Assembly (NCBI RefSeq): GCF_009914755.1
Contig: NC_060947.1
Strand: one strand, 5' to 3'
Source: the human T2T-CHM13v2.0 reference genome, Homo sapiens
DNA: 64,000 bases
Shown piece by piece: positions 63,861 to 64,000 of the stretch. Below the pieces are notes generated by a model. It made no database searches, had not been told where the DNA came from, and worked only from the letters and a program-made list of their open reading frames with translations. Each line of letters opens with the position of its first letter. Positions within the stretch are counted from its first letter, which is position 1. Both the position numbers and the translations under genes were made by a program.

Positions 63861-64000
63861 TAGCTGTTTTAATTACAAGACTCTCAAGAGCTTATAATCC
63901 TATGATTCACTCGACAAACACTTATTGAACATCTATTGTGTGCTAGGGTCTGGAGATAATGGGCATATGGAAAGCTTTTAAGAAAATGAAAAGCAGGAGA

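Larger units (their letters stand above)
46261..64000 (+). other. ARHGAP36: ARHGAP36 intron 1 (continues past the window end)
   Basis: Starts at GTGAGT. The recalled downstream ARHGAP36 peptide (VSVLGGAPG...) does not appear in the ORF track. Confidence 0.75.

Overview
Primate (very probably human) genomic DNA. It is repeat-rich (L2, MIR, L1M/L1P, MaLR LTRs, Alu, hAT elements, CR1/L3) and has no long genuine ORF. The one recognisable coding segment lies in a CpG island at about 45.9-46.6 kb. There, ATG 46203 reads MAWILDCLFASAFEPRPRR and ends at a G|GTGAGT donor (46260|46261). From memory, this is an alternative N-terminus of ARHGAP36 (Xq26.1). The right ~18 kb is therefore ARHGAP36 intron 1, which holds several further CpG-rich, promoter-like segments. 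The left ~42 kb is upstream DNA with a consistent chain of minus-strand splice sites, compatible with the divergent lncRNA recalled there (LINC01201). I found no prokaryotic-type system and no CRISPR array. The best leads are regulatory: a long-spacer REST/RE1 site in intron 1, A-ended donors that could build the start codon by splicing (A|TG), and a lncRNA terminal exon apparently borrowed from a MaLR element. Gene and repeat names come from recognition, not database searches, and repeat boundaries are approximate.
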